Positions 15,001-28,048 are shown, counted from the stretch's first letter. The stretch is 64,000 bases of DNA from Macrostomum lignano (GCA_002269645.1 NIVC01000209.1:124001-188000), one strand, 5' to 3'. The notes: a model not told the origin generated them from the sequence alone. Numbers and translations: made by a program.

Positions 15001-15197
15001 AATCATAGTATCCTCAAAACACGCATAGCCCAAGGCTACAAAATATTTCATTTTTTAAATAAAATACATACCTGAATGCTGATTGATGTTTCATTGACAA
15101 GTGATAAGCAAAACTGACTTTGGAGTGCCAATTCATTGCTCAAAAGTGGACGAATACGGCAAACAACCTTAATATTTTCCGCTTTTGCTTCTACCAT
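1..15197 (-). CDS. KIF5: Kinesin-1 (conventional kinesin) heavy chain, 3'-partial; exons 15197-15072, 8241-7870, 3756-3669, 2857-2307, 1702-1304, 237-<1
   Basis: Exon 1 reads [19 protein letters not shown]...SISIQ|GT. Later exons give [11 protein letters not shown]-loop GQTSSGKT, switch I NxxSSRSH, switch [27 protein letters not shown], neck [14 protein letters not shown], stalk [13 protein letters not shown] and [10 protein letters not shown]. All junctions are GT-AG and phase-compatible. Confidence 0.95.
500..1255. repeat. 18-nt minisatellite (CTGGGGGATGCTTGCTAT)n in Khc intron 5
   Basis: Tandem units visible directly; they generate the spurious WGMLAI/LLSGGC ORFs. Confidence 0.95.
1740..2295. 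repeat. Degenerate purine-rich tandem repeat (GAGAATAGAGACAGTGG-like) in Khc intron 4
   Basis: Recurring gagaatagagac motif between exons 2857-2307 and 1702-1304. Confidence 0.85.
2935..3560. repeat. Degenerate ~20-nt tandem repeat (AATCCCCTAATCTTCATCAC-like) in Khc intron 3
   Basis: Repeated aatc/ttcac motifs. Confidence 0.85.
3850..5017. repeat. 28-nt minisatellite (GGGATCTGGGAGGCTGGCCCAGCAACTG)n, left arm, Khc intron 2
   Basis: About 40 tandem units with diagnostic variant units. Confidence 0.95.
5018..7050 (-). mobile_element. P-superfamily-like DNA transposon derivative (2033 bp) with a degenerate THAP domain
   Basis: TIRs CACAGATACTATAAACACTAGATAGGCCACTC.. (5018) and reverse complement ending 7050, similarity extending ~80 bp. 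8-bp TSD GGCTGGCC (5010-5017, 7051-7058). Minus strand ~6535-6235 gives [32 protein letters not shown] with stops and frameshifts, matching the THAP C2CH/AVPT pattern. Confidence 0.8.
5730..6020. repeat. 40-nt tandem repeat (~7 copies) inside the THAP element
   Basis: Unit CAGCCGCTTGATTTGCCTGTCGCTTTCGGGATTGCCGCTG. Confidence 0.9.
7051..7850. repeat. 28-nt minisatellite, right arm (same orientation as 3850-5017)
   Basis: Same unit, resuming in phase after the TSD. Confidence 0.95.
9330..9600. repeat. GA-rich low-complexity tract in Khc intron 1
   Basis: gagaatagaagagatgatagagat-type repeats. Confidence 0.8.
10407..11204. mobile_element. hAT-type non-autonomous element (798 bp)
   Basis: Termini TAGTGATGG...CCATCACTA; perfect 8-bp TSD CACTAGGT (10399-10406, 11205-11212); subterminal TTCGGA/TCCGAA motifs. 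Confidence 0.85.
14259..14433. mobile_element. Small hAT-type MITE (175 bp)
   Basis: Termini CAGGGGCATAGC / GCTACGCCATTG; TSD CTATTAGC vs CAATTAGC (7/8). Confidence 0.7.
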
Positions 15198-16014
15198 GAT
15201 TAGAACAACAGAAATGCAATATTACGTTAAATAATAAAAGAACCTAACTTGCGAAGGAAAAATACTTACTATGTTCCTATTGAATGTCCTACGCTGCGTG
15301 CTTTAAAATCATTATCTTAAATCACATAAAAACAAAGTTTGAAAGTGTTTAATTACTATAACAAGTCTTATGCACTTAAAATAGAAAAACAACAAAATAA
15401 ATGAAATTTACTTATTTAACTAGTTACTAGATGATATTTAGTACTTTTATGTTTCATTTTTTTATCAAGTGTACGAATGGTAATACTCGCAATTTTTCAA
15501 GAAAATCATCATAAAAAATATATTTCACGCAATACTTTTTTAACTCCTTGCTTTTTCTTTCACTTCGTTAGTCGTCCAAGGTTTCGTCAACAACATTTAC
15601 GCGTTCTTTCAAATACCATATTGCAAAACTCGTACAATCGTAGTTAAATAACTAATGCTAAAATATTGCCTTCTGTTCCTGAAGTAATCTTAAATACACA
15701 GAAATATATTGGCCAAACAGGCTTCTTGCCTGAGCTGAGCCAAACTTACTACTACTACTGTTTTTCTACGAAAATATGGTTCTAAGCAGCTAAGTTTGGC
15801 CTAGCTGTCCAAACATACTGAAACACCAGTCATTCAGCTTGTCAGAAGTTCTAAGGCCTACTATTACTAAATATCTGTAACACTTATGACAAATGACAAA
15901 GTGTTAAATTAAGGTATTAAGGTACTACTCACACAACTTTTGCACAGTAAGCCTAGATATGAAATGAGCCTATGATCCTATGAATAAGCCTATCATAATT
16001 ATGATAATCAGGCA

Positions 16015-18881
16015 CAGGGTTTTTTTTTGTGCGCAGAGTGTGCGTATGCACCCTAAATTTTAAAATCGCACCCTGAAATTAAAAAAGTAGGTGCGGTTTA
16101 GGTGCGGTCTTATAACCATTTTTCTTTAAAGGCTTAACCATGCTTAAGCTATTTTTTATGCACTGCCTTAAAATATGAAACAAAATAACTCTTTAAATCC
16201 TATTAAGTCATATAGGCGATATAGCCTATAGCTATAGCCTTATGTAAGATATTAAAATATACATTCCCAGTTGTCTGAAATGTGAGCAATGTGAGGGTTT
16301 CACGAGAGATATTCAGACAAAGGCTCCCTAAAACACGCCCCACACCGGGCCCCGAACTGCTACACATTATAACATTTTTTGTCAATGCAGTATTTGATTG
16401 CAAGGAAAAGTTAAAATAGTAATGGAATAAATATCTTTATTTATTTTTTTAAATATTATTATTTTTATATTCTCGTTTTCATTATTAAATTATAATATTA
16501 TTATTTTATTAATATTATTATTAATATCACTTATTGTTCACCGAATTTTATATTTCAAAGTAAAAAAACTAAATTTAATAAAAACTTGAAGCTTAACAGA
16601 AAACGCATTCTGAAGTGTCTTTAGTTATAGTCCAATTTGTTTTAATGTGTAGCGCTGCAGGGCAAGGCGGGGCGTGTTTTAGGGAGACCCATTCAGACAG
16701 ACATTCAAAATGATTGTCTGTAACTTCAAACAAAATTGACCCGCTTCAACCATCTTTTTGGCAAATACTTACGCAAGTGTTGGGCGTCGAATAAGCTTTA
16801 ATTTATTAACTGAAGTAAAAATCCTTCTGACATACATTGATTTAAAAATTGCTTAGCAACACTAGCTCTGATTAGAAATCGCTTTACTGTTGACTAAAAT
16901 TGTTTTGATCGTAGCAGCCTAAAAGCAGATACTGGATTTAAAAATGCTTCGATTTACTCTATACGCATGTCTCAGCTTTAAAATGACACCTCAGGCGTCG
17001 CAAAAGACAGCTTTGATGCTGAGATATTCGACACTAAACATGCATTGCTTTGCGCAATCTCACATTCAGAAATTTCACTGATTTTTTGTCGATATTTGTG
17101 CAGTTGCCATGTCCTTGTTTTTCATCAGAATCTTGTCAAATTCTAGTCATGTCTATGCGCATGTCTCAGCTTTAAAATGACACCTCAGGCATTGCAAAAG
17201 ACAGCTTTGATGCTGAGATATTCGACACTAAACATTGCTTTGCTCAAACTCACATTCGGAAACTTCACTGATTTTTATTCAATATTTGTTCAGATGCTTG
17301 TCTACTTCTCCATTTATTAACCATCGCATGGAGCCTTGCTAACGTACAAGTGTATGTAGTTACAGTAAATGGGGTTTTTGTGACTCACTTAAACTTGTTT
17401 ACGCATTCTGCAGCTATTCGCCGCCTTTCATTGGAGTGATTCATGGAGTCCAGTTGATAAATTTCCACAAATTGGACTGCTTCTACGTCAGATCTCAACA
17501 TTTGGAACCGTCCTTGAACTATTTCAGAGTTAAGTGAGCTAATGGCATCAAATGGAAGGCTAGTGCTCGTACTTGTAAGCGAAGCAGGTTCACAATTGAA
17601 ATGGTTGTATTCATGGCCATGGGATCTAAACTGATCTGTTTTACTTTCACGATCGCTTTGGTCTCAGAAGGAGCAGCAGTTGATGGACTGAGGTGAGAAG
17701 AAGATGTGTCACGACTTGAGCTGTTTATAGAAAATATCTTTATCCAATTAAATATTTTCATGCGGCTCCTTAGGTTGTTCCGAATTCCGAGTCTAGAAGT
17801 CAAGACAGAAAAAAAGTTAAGAACTGCTACTGTAGTCCGTAGGGATTGGAAAGCTTAGCAGTACATTAGAAATCGCCAGTTCAATCTAAAAAGTTTGAAG
17901 TACATATAGCTATTGGGTTGCAACAACAGTAGAAAAAATTCTTTCTTTTTATTTTATTCCCACCGCTTACCTCATTCCGATTTGGATAGCAGAATTGCCA
18001 CGCAAAAAAAGTAAAAACATAACAATAAACTATTTGCTTCATATTAATTGCCACTGACTGTTAATAAATGCGACGTCAATTTCTCTCAATAACAGTTGGA
18101 ACATGTTTCTCGTACACTCGTATATTTATTTGAACCGCAAAGCAGTGAAAAAGTCATGATTGGTTGCCATATGTACAAATGTACACTCACAGACTCACTG
18201 ACTCAGGTACAATCTATGCAATATAAAGGCAGGAATCATTAAAAATCAAATACTTAAGACAGTTTAAGAGAAGTCCAGGTTTAAACTGGACATGACTAGA
18301 ATTTGACAAGTTTCTGATGAAAAACAAGGACATGGCAACTGCACAAATATCGACAAAAAATCAGTGAAATTTCTGAATGTGAGATTGCGCAAAGCAATGC
18401 ATGTTTAGTGTCGAATATCTCAGCATCAAAGCTGTCTTTTGCGACGCCTGAGGTGTCATTTTAAAGCTGAGACATGCGTATAGAGTAAATCGAAGCATTT
18501 TTAAATCCAGTATCTGCTTTTAGGCTGCTACGATCAAAACAATTTTAGTCAACAGTAAAGCAATTTCTAATCAGAGCTAGTGTTGCTAAGCAATTTTTAA
18601 ATCAATGTATGTCAGAAGGATTTTTACTTCAGTTAATAAATTAAAGCTTATTTGACGCCCAACACTTGCGTAAGTATTTGCCAAAAAGATGGTTGAAGCG
18701 GGTCAATTTTGTTTAAAGTTCCAGACGATTGTTTCGAATGTCTGTCTGAATATCTCTCGTGAAACCCTCACATTCTAAACAAGACTCAAGAGAAATTGCA
18801 CTCTGAGCCTTAAAATCGCACCTTGAAATTTGGCACAAGGTGCAATTTCGCACCTTATCTCTGGCGAAAAAAAAAACCCAG
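16015..18881. mobile_element. hAT-type element (2867 bp) containing ~460-490 bp internal inverted repeats
   Basis: Termini CAGGGTTTTTTTT / AAAAAAAAACCCAG; perfect 8-bp TSD ATCAGGCA (16007-16014, 18882-18889). Internal arms ~16691-17152 and ~18288-18751 are near-perfect reverse complements. Confidence 0.85.
16320..16690. mobile_element. MULE-like MITE nested in the left inverted arm
   Basis: 9-bp duplication ATTCAGACA (16311-16319, 16691-16699); imperfect TIRs CTCCCTAAAACACGCCCC / GGGGCGTGTTTTAGGGAG; AT-rich interior; absent from the right arm. Confidence 0.65.
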
Positions 18882-19075
18882 ATCAGGCAGCTAGGCTTAG
18901 GCATAGTAATATTAATACATCACTTTAAAATTGCTTCTACAACTATTTATGTATATAATTTATGTATAAATTTATATTTATATATTTATGACTATGTATA
19001 TAATATCAAAAATGAAAAATGTTATAAGTCTTTTACCTTTTAGTTTCTATATGTCAAGAATCTTGTTGTTATGAC

Positions 19076-19462
19076 TAGAGGTTGGATGGGATTGAAATCT
19101 TCGATCAGGATCGGGAATAATTTTTTTCTCGGGATCGGGATCGGGATTCGGGAATTGGGATCAGGTCTTTTAGTGTATTGTCCATGTAAAATTAAACAAA
19201 ATTGAGAAAAGATTGTCAAGATCAAGAAGTAAAACACAACGAAATTGATATGAAGTTTTGTAACCAACAAAGTAAATAATGTAACGAGTACAAGTTAAAG
19301 CAAAATACTTTCAAGTAATCACTAATTCTATAAATTATTAATCGAAAGACCTGTTCCCAAATCTCGAGTTTTTTAGGGTTGGGATTCTGGTCCCGCGGGA
19401 ATTCAATTTTCCTCGGGATCCCGAGATTTCGGGATCGGGATTGGGATCCCGTCCAACCTCTA
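19076..19462. mobile_element. hAT-type MITE (387 bp)
   Basis: Termini TAGAGGTTGGA(T/C)GGGAT and reverse complement; perfect 8-bp TSD GTTATGAC (19068-19075, 19463-19470); subterminal TCGGGA motifs. Confidence 0.85.
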
Positions 19463-22388
19463 GTTATGACCATAAGTGCCATTCAAGGTTTAATAGCATC
19501 TTTACTATTGATGATATCTATATGAAACTATATAAACATAGGCCTATTCTTGACAAAATAATATTTTACTAGATATATTATTGGTTTAATATATTCTATT
19601 ATTATATTTCATTTTCTAATTAAAAATAACCTGTAACTATAATGTTATGGCTGTGCTTATATGGAATGAGCCTCATGTTTTATATTAAGGATAGGATTGT
19701 TAGACAAAAGTGAGAGAGGTGTAAAAGCTTACTATCCATAACAAATAAGTTTGTTCTTAACCCTGCAAATCATTGATAGAAGTGTAGTATTTGACATAGA
19801 CTAGGACTCTGTTTCCACCAAATGAACACAATCAAACTGCAACTTTGAAACCATACTACTCCATTCAATCTAGGTTGTAGATAGTGTGCATGTATGCCAA
19901 AACCTTTCTAGTATACAAAATATCAACCCTAAGTCCTTGGTGTACACAACCAGTATATACAACCCCTGGCACACTTTGTTGGCATACATTATTGGCATAC
20001 ATAAGTAAGACAACCACATATACATTTTTGGCATACAAATTTTGGTGAATAAATTTATGCCATGCATGAAAATTGTAATGTAAATTAATGTTTTTACTAT
20101 AAAATAAAGAAAAATTTGTATAGTTTAGAAGGTCCATGATAAACTTTTTGCTTCTTTAAAATAACAATAAATAAATATAAATTATTGCCAAGAGCATCAA
20201 TTTTGCATCAATATTTCTGTAAGTATAATTTAGGTTTGTTTAGAATGAAAATATTTGTAATATTTTAAAAAGACTTTTTGTACAAAAGCCTTTCTTGGAA
20301 AACTCTTATGAAAACTGAATGACCTTTTTAGGAGGAATTTTTGGCATACATTTTAGGATTTTTTGTTTTGGCTTACACTGGCATACATTTAGATAAACTA
20401 CTAGGATTCTTATTCTGGCATATACTACTATACAATCCACAACCTGGCATTCAATTTTGTGATACAATCCCTCTAATACAATTCTACTATTAGTGTGATT
20501 GTAATTCAAAGCCATACTTCCATAACTTCTATACTAAATTTCAATGCCTTCTAGTAATGATTTGAAGTGACTTTGAAAAGTGGGTAAAATGTAACAAATG
20601 TAAAATGTTATATTTTGATATACTTGTAGTGGAGTACCTTTTTGACTCTTTTTAATGGGGATTGTAAAACCAAACTTGACCTGCTCAAGGATCAGATCTA
20701 ACAAAGGAATGCCAGAGTTTCAAAAAAATAATTATAGTACCAACATTACTTTTAGTTCTATGATTAAAAAGTTTGTTTTTGCTTTCTCTAGAATATTATA
20801 AGAAAATTTTAAACAAGCTTTTTTGATTGAATATTGCTTTATCAAAGACTAGCCATTTTCTCTTTTTTTCTTTTTGCAATGTAAAAGTGGCATAAATTTG
20901 GCATACCATAATAAAAGAGGCATTTTTTCTAGTGTACCATGTCGCACCATCTAAACTATATAGTATATTTTTGTTTGTCACAATGTTTTATAGAAATGTG
21001 ATAAACCATTATAAAATAATTAAATGTCTAATAAGAAGACAGTTTTAATTTTAACCTCTTCTAGTCAGCATTACTGCAGCATTTTCTTATTTGGATGATT
21101 TATGATTTAATTAGTGTTTTATCTATTAATTTGTAAATAGATAGTAAAATAATCTAAACAAAAAACTGTAGGATTTTTTTAGATATGCTGATATTTCTAT
21201 TCTACTAATATTAGAAATGAAATGAATATTGTATTTTTGTAGACAAAAGAATAGTAGATGACCTGGCAATAGATCAAATAACTGTCAACCTTTTGCTTTA
21301 TGGATAGAATCTGGTAGATTGCCTAGCAATAACATGGAAGATACAAAAAGAAGGCTACAACATTTGGAATAAAGGGTTAAGGCACAAAAAGAGGCATGTA
21401 TTAAAAATAAAGTTATATTTATTATTTGATAAGATGGCTATCTAGAATGGGAAAATGGGGCATTCATTATAGTCTAGGTCTTAGTTGCAATTAGATATAA
21501 AGCATAAATTAAGCATTATAATTCCACTATAGCCAAGTTTTTCTCATATCTATATCTGTAGCCATATTTAAATTTTCCCATAGCCTTCTGTATCTGTATC
21601 CAAATCCATAGCAGCTAGTAAACTTTCTGTAAGTTCCTATAACTTTCTTCTATAATTGCAGTGGATCAGAAATTGAGACCTCTTGCTGTTTGCTATTGTC
21701 ATTATTATAGCTACAAGATTGCTTAACTAACTTAATTCTAAAGTAACAAAATCTCTAATCCTTGCCAAGATCTTCTATGCAAATGATGACCTGTTTGTCA
21801 GTTGGTTTCCAAGAAGCCTCCTTTGCAATTGATCCCTAAGGACTTAAGAGCTTCTCACATTAAAAGTAAACATATTCATTTTAAATTTAGCCCTTACTAT
21901 CATAACCCTATCGCAGTCATAAACCATAGGGACTTAATTCTCATTAAAAGTTTTCAAGTTTTCTATAAAACTGCAAAATGCATAGTTGTATGTATCTAAA
22001 AAGCCTTTTTGCAACATAGCTTTATTGTCATTTAAATCTTCTCTATTGGCTTCAACTGTTTGATGCTACTTCTCATTATTTGGTCATTTATATGCTTATT
22101 TATATGCAATTGTTTGGTCATTTATATGCTATTATTTGGTCATTTATATAATTTTTTCAATATAAGATATCAGATAAATAGATTGATTCAGATTAGTTAA
22201 GATTAGCTACTAATATAAGTACTACTACTACTGCTACTACTATTACTACTACTACTACTACTAGTGCTACTAATACTACTACAAATAATAATAAAATCAA
22301 AAAACGTTAATGCGACCAAACCAATCAGACGCAGACCTGCAGCAGTTGCCAGCACAGTAATAACTTTAGTCTCGCTCTATTGCTATAA

Positions 22389-23267
22389 ATGGAGTCCGAA
22401 TTTGAGAAGCGTCTATTTGGCTCACCTCGCAATTCACCAATTAAGGCCTTGACCAGCCCATCAACAACTCCATTAAAAGATGGCTACGGGGACAGATTTG
22501 TTTCTATGCGCAGTCCCAGGACAGCTGTGGCTAGGCGAGGCATCACATTTGGCTGGCAGGATGCCAGCTCCAATGCCGCCGCGGCCGTCCCAACTGCTGC
22601 TCAATCTACGGCTAGCAACAAAGATGGCTCCGAGAATCCCAGCATGGAAACTTACAAAGCATTGCTCAACCAGGAGCTCAGCGACGCTGCTAACATTGGC
22701 ACTAATGGAGGTGTTGTTAGAGAAGCTGCTAGCAACAATCGGGTACTGATGGCCAGGGAAACTAGTAGTATGTTCGCTGTAAGTAGTTTTGCGTGTATAT
22801 TTTTTAATTAAATCTATTTTAATCTGTCTATTTTCCAATATTTCTATCGAAAACTAGTTGAACCTGTCGACTATCAACATCAACAAGATTTAGTAGGTTT
22901 GTACTTTTAAAGTACTCGCGACTCACTTCGACACTTGTCCTCCCTTCCTTCCTCAAACAGTTTCGCTCCCATCGGCAGAGTCCGCACGAGTACAAATCCG
23001 CGCCCTACATGCTTTCGCCTATTAGCGACGAGTCGCAACGCATTCTGAGTTCGCCTAAGCGGGTAGGCAGTGGCTTTTTCATGATTTATTTCACTTCTGC
23101 TTGTACCTACCATACTACTTGCATCAGAGTAGCTAGCTACATGTAGGCAACATTTTTATTATTTATAATTTTCCGGAATTTTCCCCGGCTTTAAAAATTT
23201 AGTCCTCTTAAGGTTGGCCAGTTAAAAAAACAATTAGATAGACAGATAAATAGATGGATAGATAGAC

Positions 23268-23330
<63 letters not shown>

Positions 23331-23367
23331 CAGATAGATAGATAGATAGATAGACAGATAGATAGAC

Positions 23368-23434
<67 letters not shown>

Positions 23435-23495
23435 CAGATAGATAGATAGATAGATAGATGGATAGATAGACAGATAAATAGATGGATAGATAGAC

Positions 23496-23546
<51 letters not shown>

Positions 23547-23623
23547 CAGATAGATAGATAGATAGATAGATGGATAGATAGATAGATAGACAGATAGATA
23601 GATAGATAGATAGACAGATAGAC

Positions 23624-23667
<44 letters not shown>

Positions 23668-23668
23668 G

Positions 23669-23735
<67 letters not shown>

Positions 23736-26700
23736 GGATAGACGGACAGACATAGATAGATAGATAGACAGACAGATACATAGATAGATAGATAGACATA
23801 GATAATTATAGATAAATCTAATAAAATCATCTAAATTTTAAATTTAATAAATAAATTTAGATAGACTTGATGAGGTCTGTTTTCAGATGTCGAATTTATG
23901 AAAAACTGATAAAGCTAAACTAAAAGATCAATAACTCAGCTAACTTGCATTCTTATCAATTCAAAACTCGTGATTTCCGCTCCCACAGCAAGTCCGTAAA
24001 ATCCCCAAGCTGCCCTACAAAGTGCTGGACGCGCCCGACCTATTGGACGATTTCTATTTGAATTTGGTGGATTGGTCGTCACGTAACACCCTGTCTGTTG
24101 GCTTGGGCTGCTGTGTGTACCTGTGGAATGCCTATACTTGTCAGGTGCGTGACAACTGTTTGTCTTTGTCTTTAGGGTGTAATTACGTGCTACAAAGACA
24201 TCAGGTGTTATTTTTGGGGCTAAAGAACACACCAGGTGTGGTTACAGGGGCTAAAAAGACTCCAGGTGTGGTTACAGGGGCTACAAAGACTCCAGGTGTG
24301 GTTACAGGGGCTAAAAAGACTCCAGGTGTGGTTACAGGGGCTACAAAGACTCCAGGTAAGGTTATATGGGCTACAAAGACTCCAGGTGTGGTTATATGAG
24401 CTACAAAGACACCAGATGTGGTTATAGGGGCTACAAAGAGAGCAGGTGTGTTTATATGGGCTACAAAGACACCAAGTGTGATTATAGGGGCTACAAAGAC
24501 GCCTGTAATGAGATAATTTTTAATTAGTAGACAATATGCATTTAGTAGTCAAAATGACTACCGATATGTATCGAAAAAGTAACAGTTAGCTGCCGCCGCC
24601 AATCTCAGGTAACTCGACTCTGCGATCTCAGCGCCGAAAGCGACAGCGTCTCCTCCGTGGCCTGGTCTGAGAAAGGCGACCTGGTAGCAGTCGGCACTCA
24701 CCGCTGCCAGGTGCAAATCTGGGACGTCAACACTACTGAGAAGGTTCGCGTGCTTGACGGTCACAGCGGCCGGGTAGGCGCCCTAGCCTGGAACGGCGAC
24801 CTGTTGGCTAGCGGCTCTCGGGATCGCACCATCCGCCTGTGGGACTATCGCCGACCCTGTGGCGGCAGCGGCGGCTCCACTAGCGTCAGCGGCGGCACTT
24901 TCACTCGGCCGTCGTCAAATCAGCGACTAACGAACCACAGGCAGGAGGTGTGCGGCCTGAAATGGAGCCCAGATCGGCAGCATTTGGCTAGCGGCGGCAA
25001 CGATAACAAACTGTTGGTTTGGTCTACGCATTCTACTCAGCCGCTGCTGACTTATAACGATCACGCCGCCGCTGTTAAAGCTATCGCTTGGTCGCCGCAC
25101 CAGCACGGCCTGCTAGCATCTGGCGGCGGCACTGCGGATCGGTGTATCCGCTTCTGGAACACGCTGACCTCCCAGCCGCTCAGTTGTATTGATACTGGCT
25201 CGCAGGTGAGGCTGCTGAAATGAAAAGAGGGGGATTGTGCGCATTTTAAAGCGTTTCGGAATTTCAGGATAGGAATTAGTAGCTATGAGATTGGGGTTAG
25301 TAGCTATAAGATTCGGATTAGTAACTGTGAGATTGGGGTTAGTAGCTATAAGATTCGGATTAGTAACTGTGAGATTGGGGTTAGTAGCTGTGAGATTGGG
25401 GTTAGTAGCTATAAGATTCGGATTAGTAACTGTGAGATTGGGGTTAGTAGCTATAAGATTCGGATTAGTAACTGTGAGATTGGGGTTAGTAGCTGTGAGA
25501 TTGGGGTTAGTAGCTATAAGATTGGGATTAGTAGCTTTGAGATTGGGGTTAGTAGCTGTGAAATAGGGGTTATTAGCTATGAGATTGGGGTTAGTAGCTA
25601 TGTGATTGGGATTAGTAGCTGTGAGATTGGGGTTAGTAGCTGTGAGATTGGGGTTAGTAGCTGTGAGATTGGGGTTAGTAGCTATAAGATTGGGATTAGT
25701 AGCTTTGAGATTGGGGTAAGTAGCTGTGAGATAGGGATTAGTAGCCATCTGATTGTGGTTAGTAGCTATGGGATTGGGATTCTTAGCTGTGAGATTGGGA
25801 TTAGTAGCTTTGAGATTGGGGTTAGTAGCTATGTGATTGGGGTTAGTAGCTTTGAGATTGGGGTAAGTAGCTGTGAGATAGGGATTAGTAGCCATCTGAT
25901 TGTGGTTAGTAGCTATGGGATTGGGATTCTTAGCTGTGAGATTGGGATTAGTAGCTTTGAGATTGGGGTTAGTAGCTATGTGATTGGGATTAGTAGCTAT
26001 GGGATTCGGATTAGTAGCTATGGGATTGGGATTAGTAGCTGTGAGATTGGGATTAGTAGCTGTGAGATTGGGATTAGTAGCTGTGAGATTGGGATTAGTA
26101 ACTATACGATTCGGGATTAGTAGCTGTGAGATTGGGATTAGTAGCTTTGAGATTGGGATTAGTAGCTTTGAGATTGGGATTAGTAGCTATGGGATTCGGA
26201 TTAGTAGCTATGGAATTGGGATTAGTAGCTGTGAGATTGGGATTAGTAGCTTTGAGATTGGGATTAGTAGCTATGGGATTCGGATTAGTAGCTATGGGAT
26301 TGGGATTAGTAGCTGTGAGATTGAGATTAGTAGCTGTGAGATTGGGATTAGTAGCTGTGAGATTGGGATTAGTAACTATACGATTCGGGATTAGTAGCTG
26401 TGAGATTGGGATTAGTAGCTTTGAGATTGGGATTAGTAGCTTTGAGATTGGGATTAGTAGCTATGGGATTCGGATTAGTAGCTGTGAGATTGGGATTAGT
26501 AGCTGTGAGATTGGGATTAGTAGCTGTGAGATTGGGATTAGTAACTATACGATTCGGGATTAGTAGCTGTGAGATTGGGATTAGTAGCTTTGAGATTGGG
26601 ATTAGTAGCTTTGAGATTGGGATTAGTAGCTATGGGATTCGGATTAGTAGCTATGGAATTGGGATTAGTAGCTGTGAGATTGGGATTAGTAGCTGTGAGA

Positions 26701-27094
26701 TTGGGATTAGTAGCTGTGAGATTGGGATTAGTAACTATAAGATTCGGGATTAGCAGCTATGAGATTTGCACAGGACTCTTACCGATTTGCAATTTCAATC
26801 ATACCATCACACTAGGTGTGCAACATCGCCTGGTCAAAGCACTCCAACGAGTTGGTGACAACGCATGGCTATTCTCAGAATCAAATCCTGCTGTGGAAGT
26901 ACCCTGCACTCACTCAGATTGGCAAACTCACCGGCCACAGCTGCCGGGTTCTCTACCTGTCAGTCAGTCCCGACGGCGAGTCCATTGTCACCGGGGCTGG
27001 CGACGAAACCCTGCGATTCTGGCACGTGTTCAGCAAAGCCAAACAGGCCAAGACTGCGCATTCTCAGCTGGGCTTGTTTGCTGGCGTGCGCTGA
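22389..27094 (+). CDS. FZR1: Fizzy-related / Cdh1 APC/C co-activator (~507 aa); exons 22389-22778, 22961-23062, 23989-24144, 24609-25205, 26816-27094
   Basis: C-box-like [58 protein letters not shown]40 repeats ([55 protein letters not shown]), C-terminal VR tail. All introns are phase-0 GT-AG. Confidence 0.95.
23235..23800. repeat. (GATA)n microsatellite, FZR1 intron 2
   Basis: Direct observation. Confidence 0.97.
24190..24500. repeat. 30-nt minisatellite (GGTGTGGTTACAGGGGCTACAAAGACTCCA)n, FZR1 intron 3
   Basis: About 10 units. Confidence 0.92.
25275..26760. repeat. 21-nt minisatellite (GAGATTGGGATTAGTAGCTGT)n, FZR1 intron 4
   Basis: About 70 units with occasional 20-nt variants. Confidence 0.95.
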
Positions 27095-27169
27095 TGGTAT
27101 CTAACTGAAGCCTAATTCACATTATTATTGTGTTCTTTTACTTTGCGCTGTGAGCCACTGGGTACTTCC

Positions 27170-27730
27170 TAGATTAGGGATTTGAGATACCTAGATTAGG
27201 GATTTGAGATACCTAGATTAGGGATCCTCTGAGATACCCAGATTAAGGGATTTGAGATACCTAGATTATGGGATTTGAGATACCTAGATTATGGGATCTG
27301 TGAGTTTCTAGATTTAGGATCTGTGAATTTCCAGATTAAAGATCCGTGAATTTCCGGCTTTAAGATCTGTGAATTTTCAGGATTTAAGATCTGTGAATTT
27401 CCAGATTTGGGATCTGTGAATTTCCAGATTAGGGATCTGTGAATTTCCAGATTTGGGATCTGTGAATTTCCAGATTAGGGATCTGTGAATTTTCAGGATT
27501 TAAGATCTATGAATTTTCAGGATTTAAGATCTGTGAATTTCCAGATTTGGGATCTGTGAATTTCCAGATTAGGGATCTGTGAATTTCCAGATTTGGGATC
27601 TGTGAATTTCCAGATTTGGGATCTGTGAATTTCCGGATTTCGGATCTGTGAATTTCCAGATTTGGGATCTGTGAATTTTCAGATTTGGGATCTGTGAATT
27701 TTCAGATTTGGGATCTGTGAATTTCTAGAT
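27170..27730. repeat. ~20-nt then 23-nt minisatellite (GATTTGGGATCTGTGAATTTCCA)n just 3' of the FZR1 stop
   Basis: Direct observation. Confidence 0.9.
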
Positions 27731-28048
27731 TGCATACATTTAGGGCAAAGTCGCAAAGTAAAACAAACACCGCGCGCATTTGAAGCCAGCCCCAGCCGCA
27801 TAAGCCGGCTAGAGATTTCTACCGCTTTATTTGTCTTGCTCCATTTTTTCTTGCGTTTTTACGTTTGTAATTTTTTTCTGTTATTAGCGTCTGAAAAATA
27901 TGCCGCACTTTGCTATTCTTAACATTTTTTTCTCTTTAGCACCATGTGGCACCAGTGCATGCCATTGTAATCACTGTACTACTTGTGCGTGTGTGCCATT
28001 TTTTTATTTGATTCCACAATGCGACGATACGAGCCTTCTGGGTAAAAC

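Noticed and set aside
19860-21000. Cys-rich, ATGCCA-containing fragments on the minus strand
   Set aside because: Frequent stops and frame changes; cannot be assembled into a supported gene or named element.
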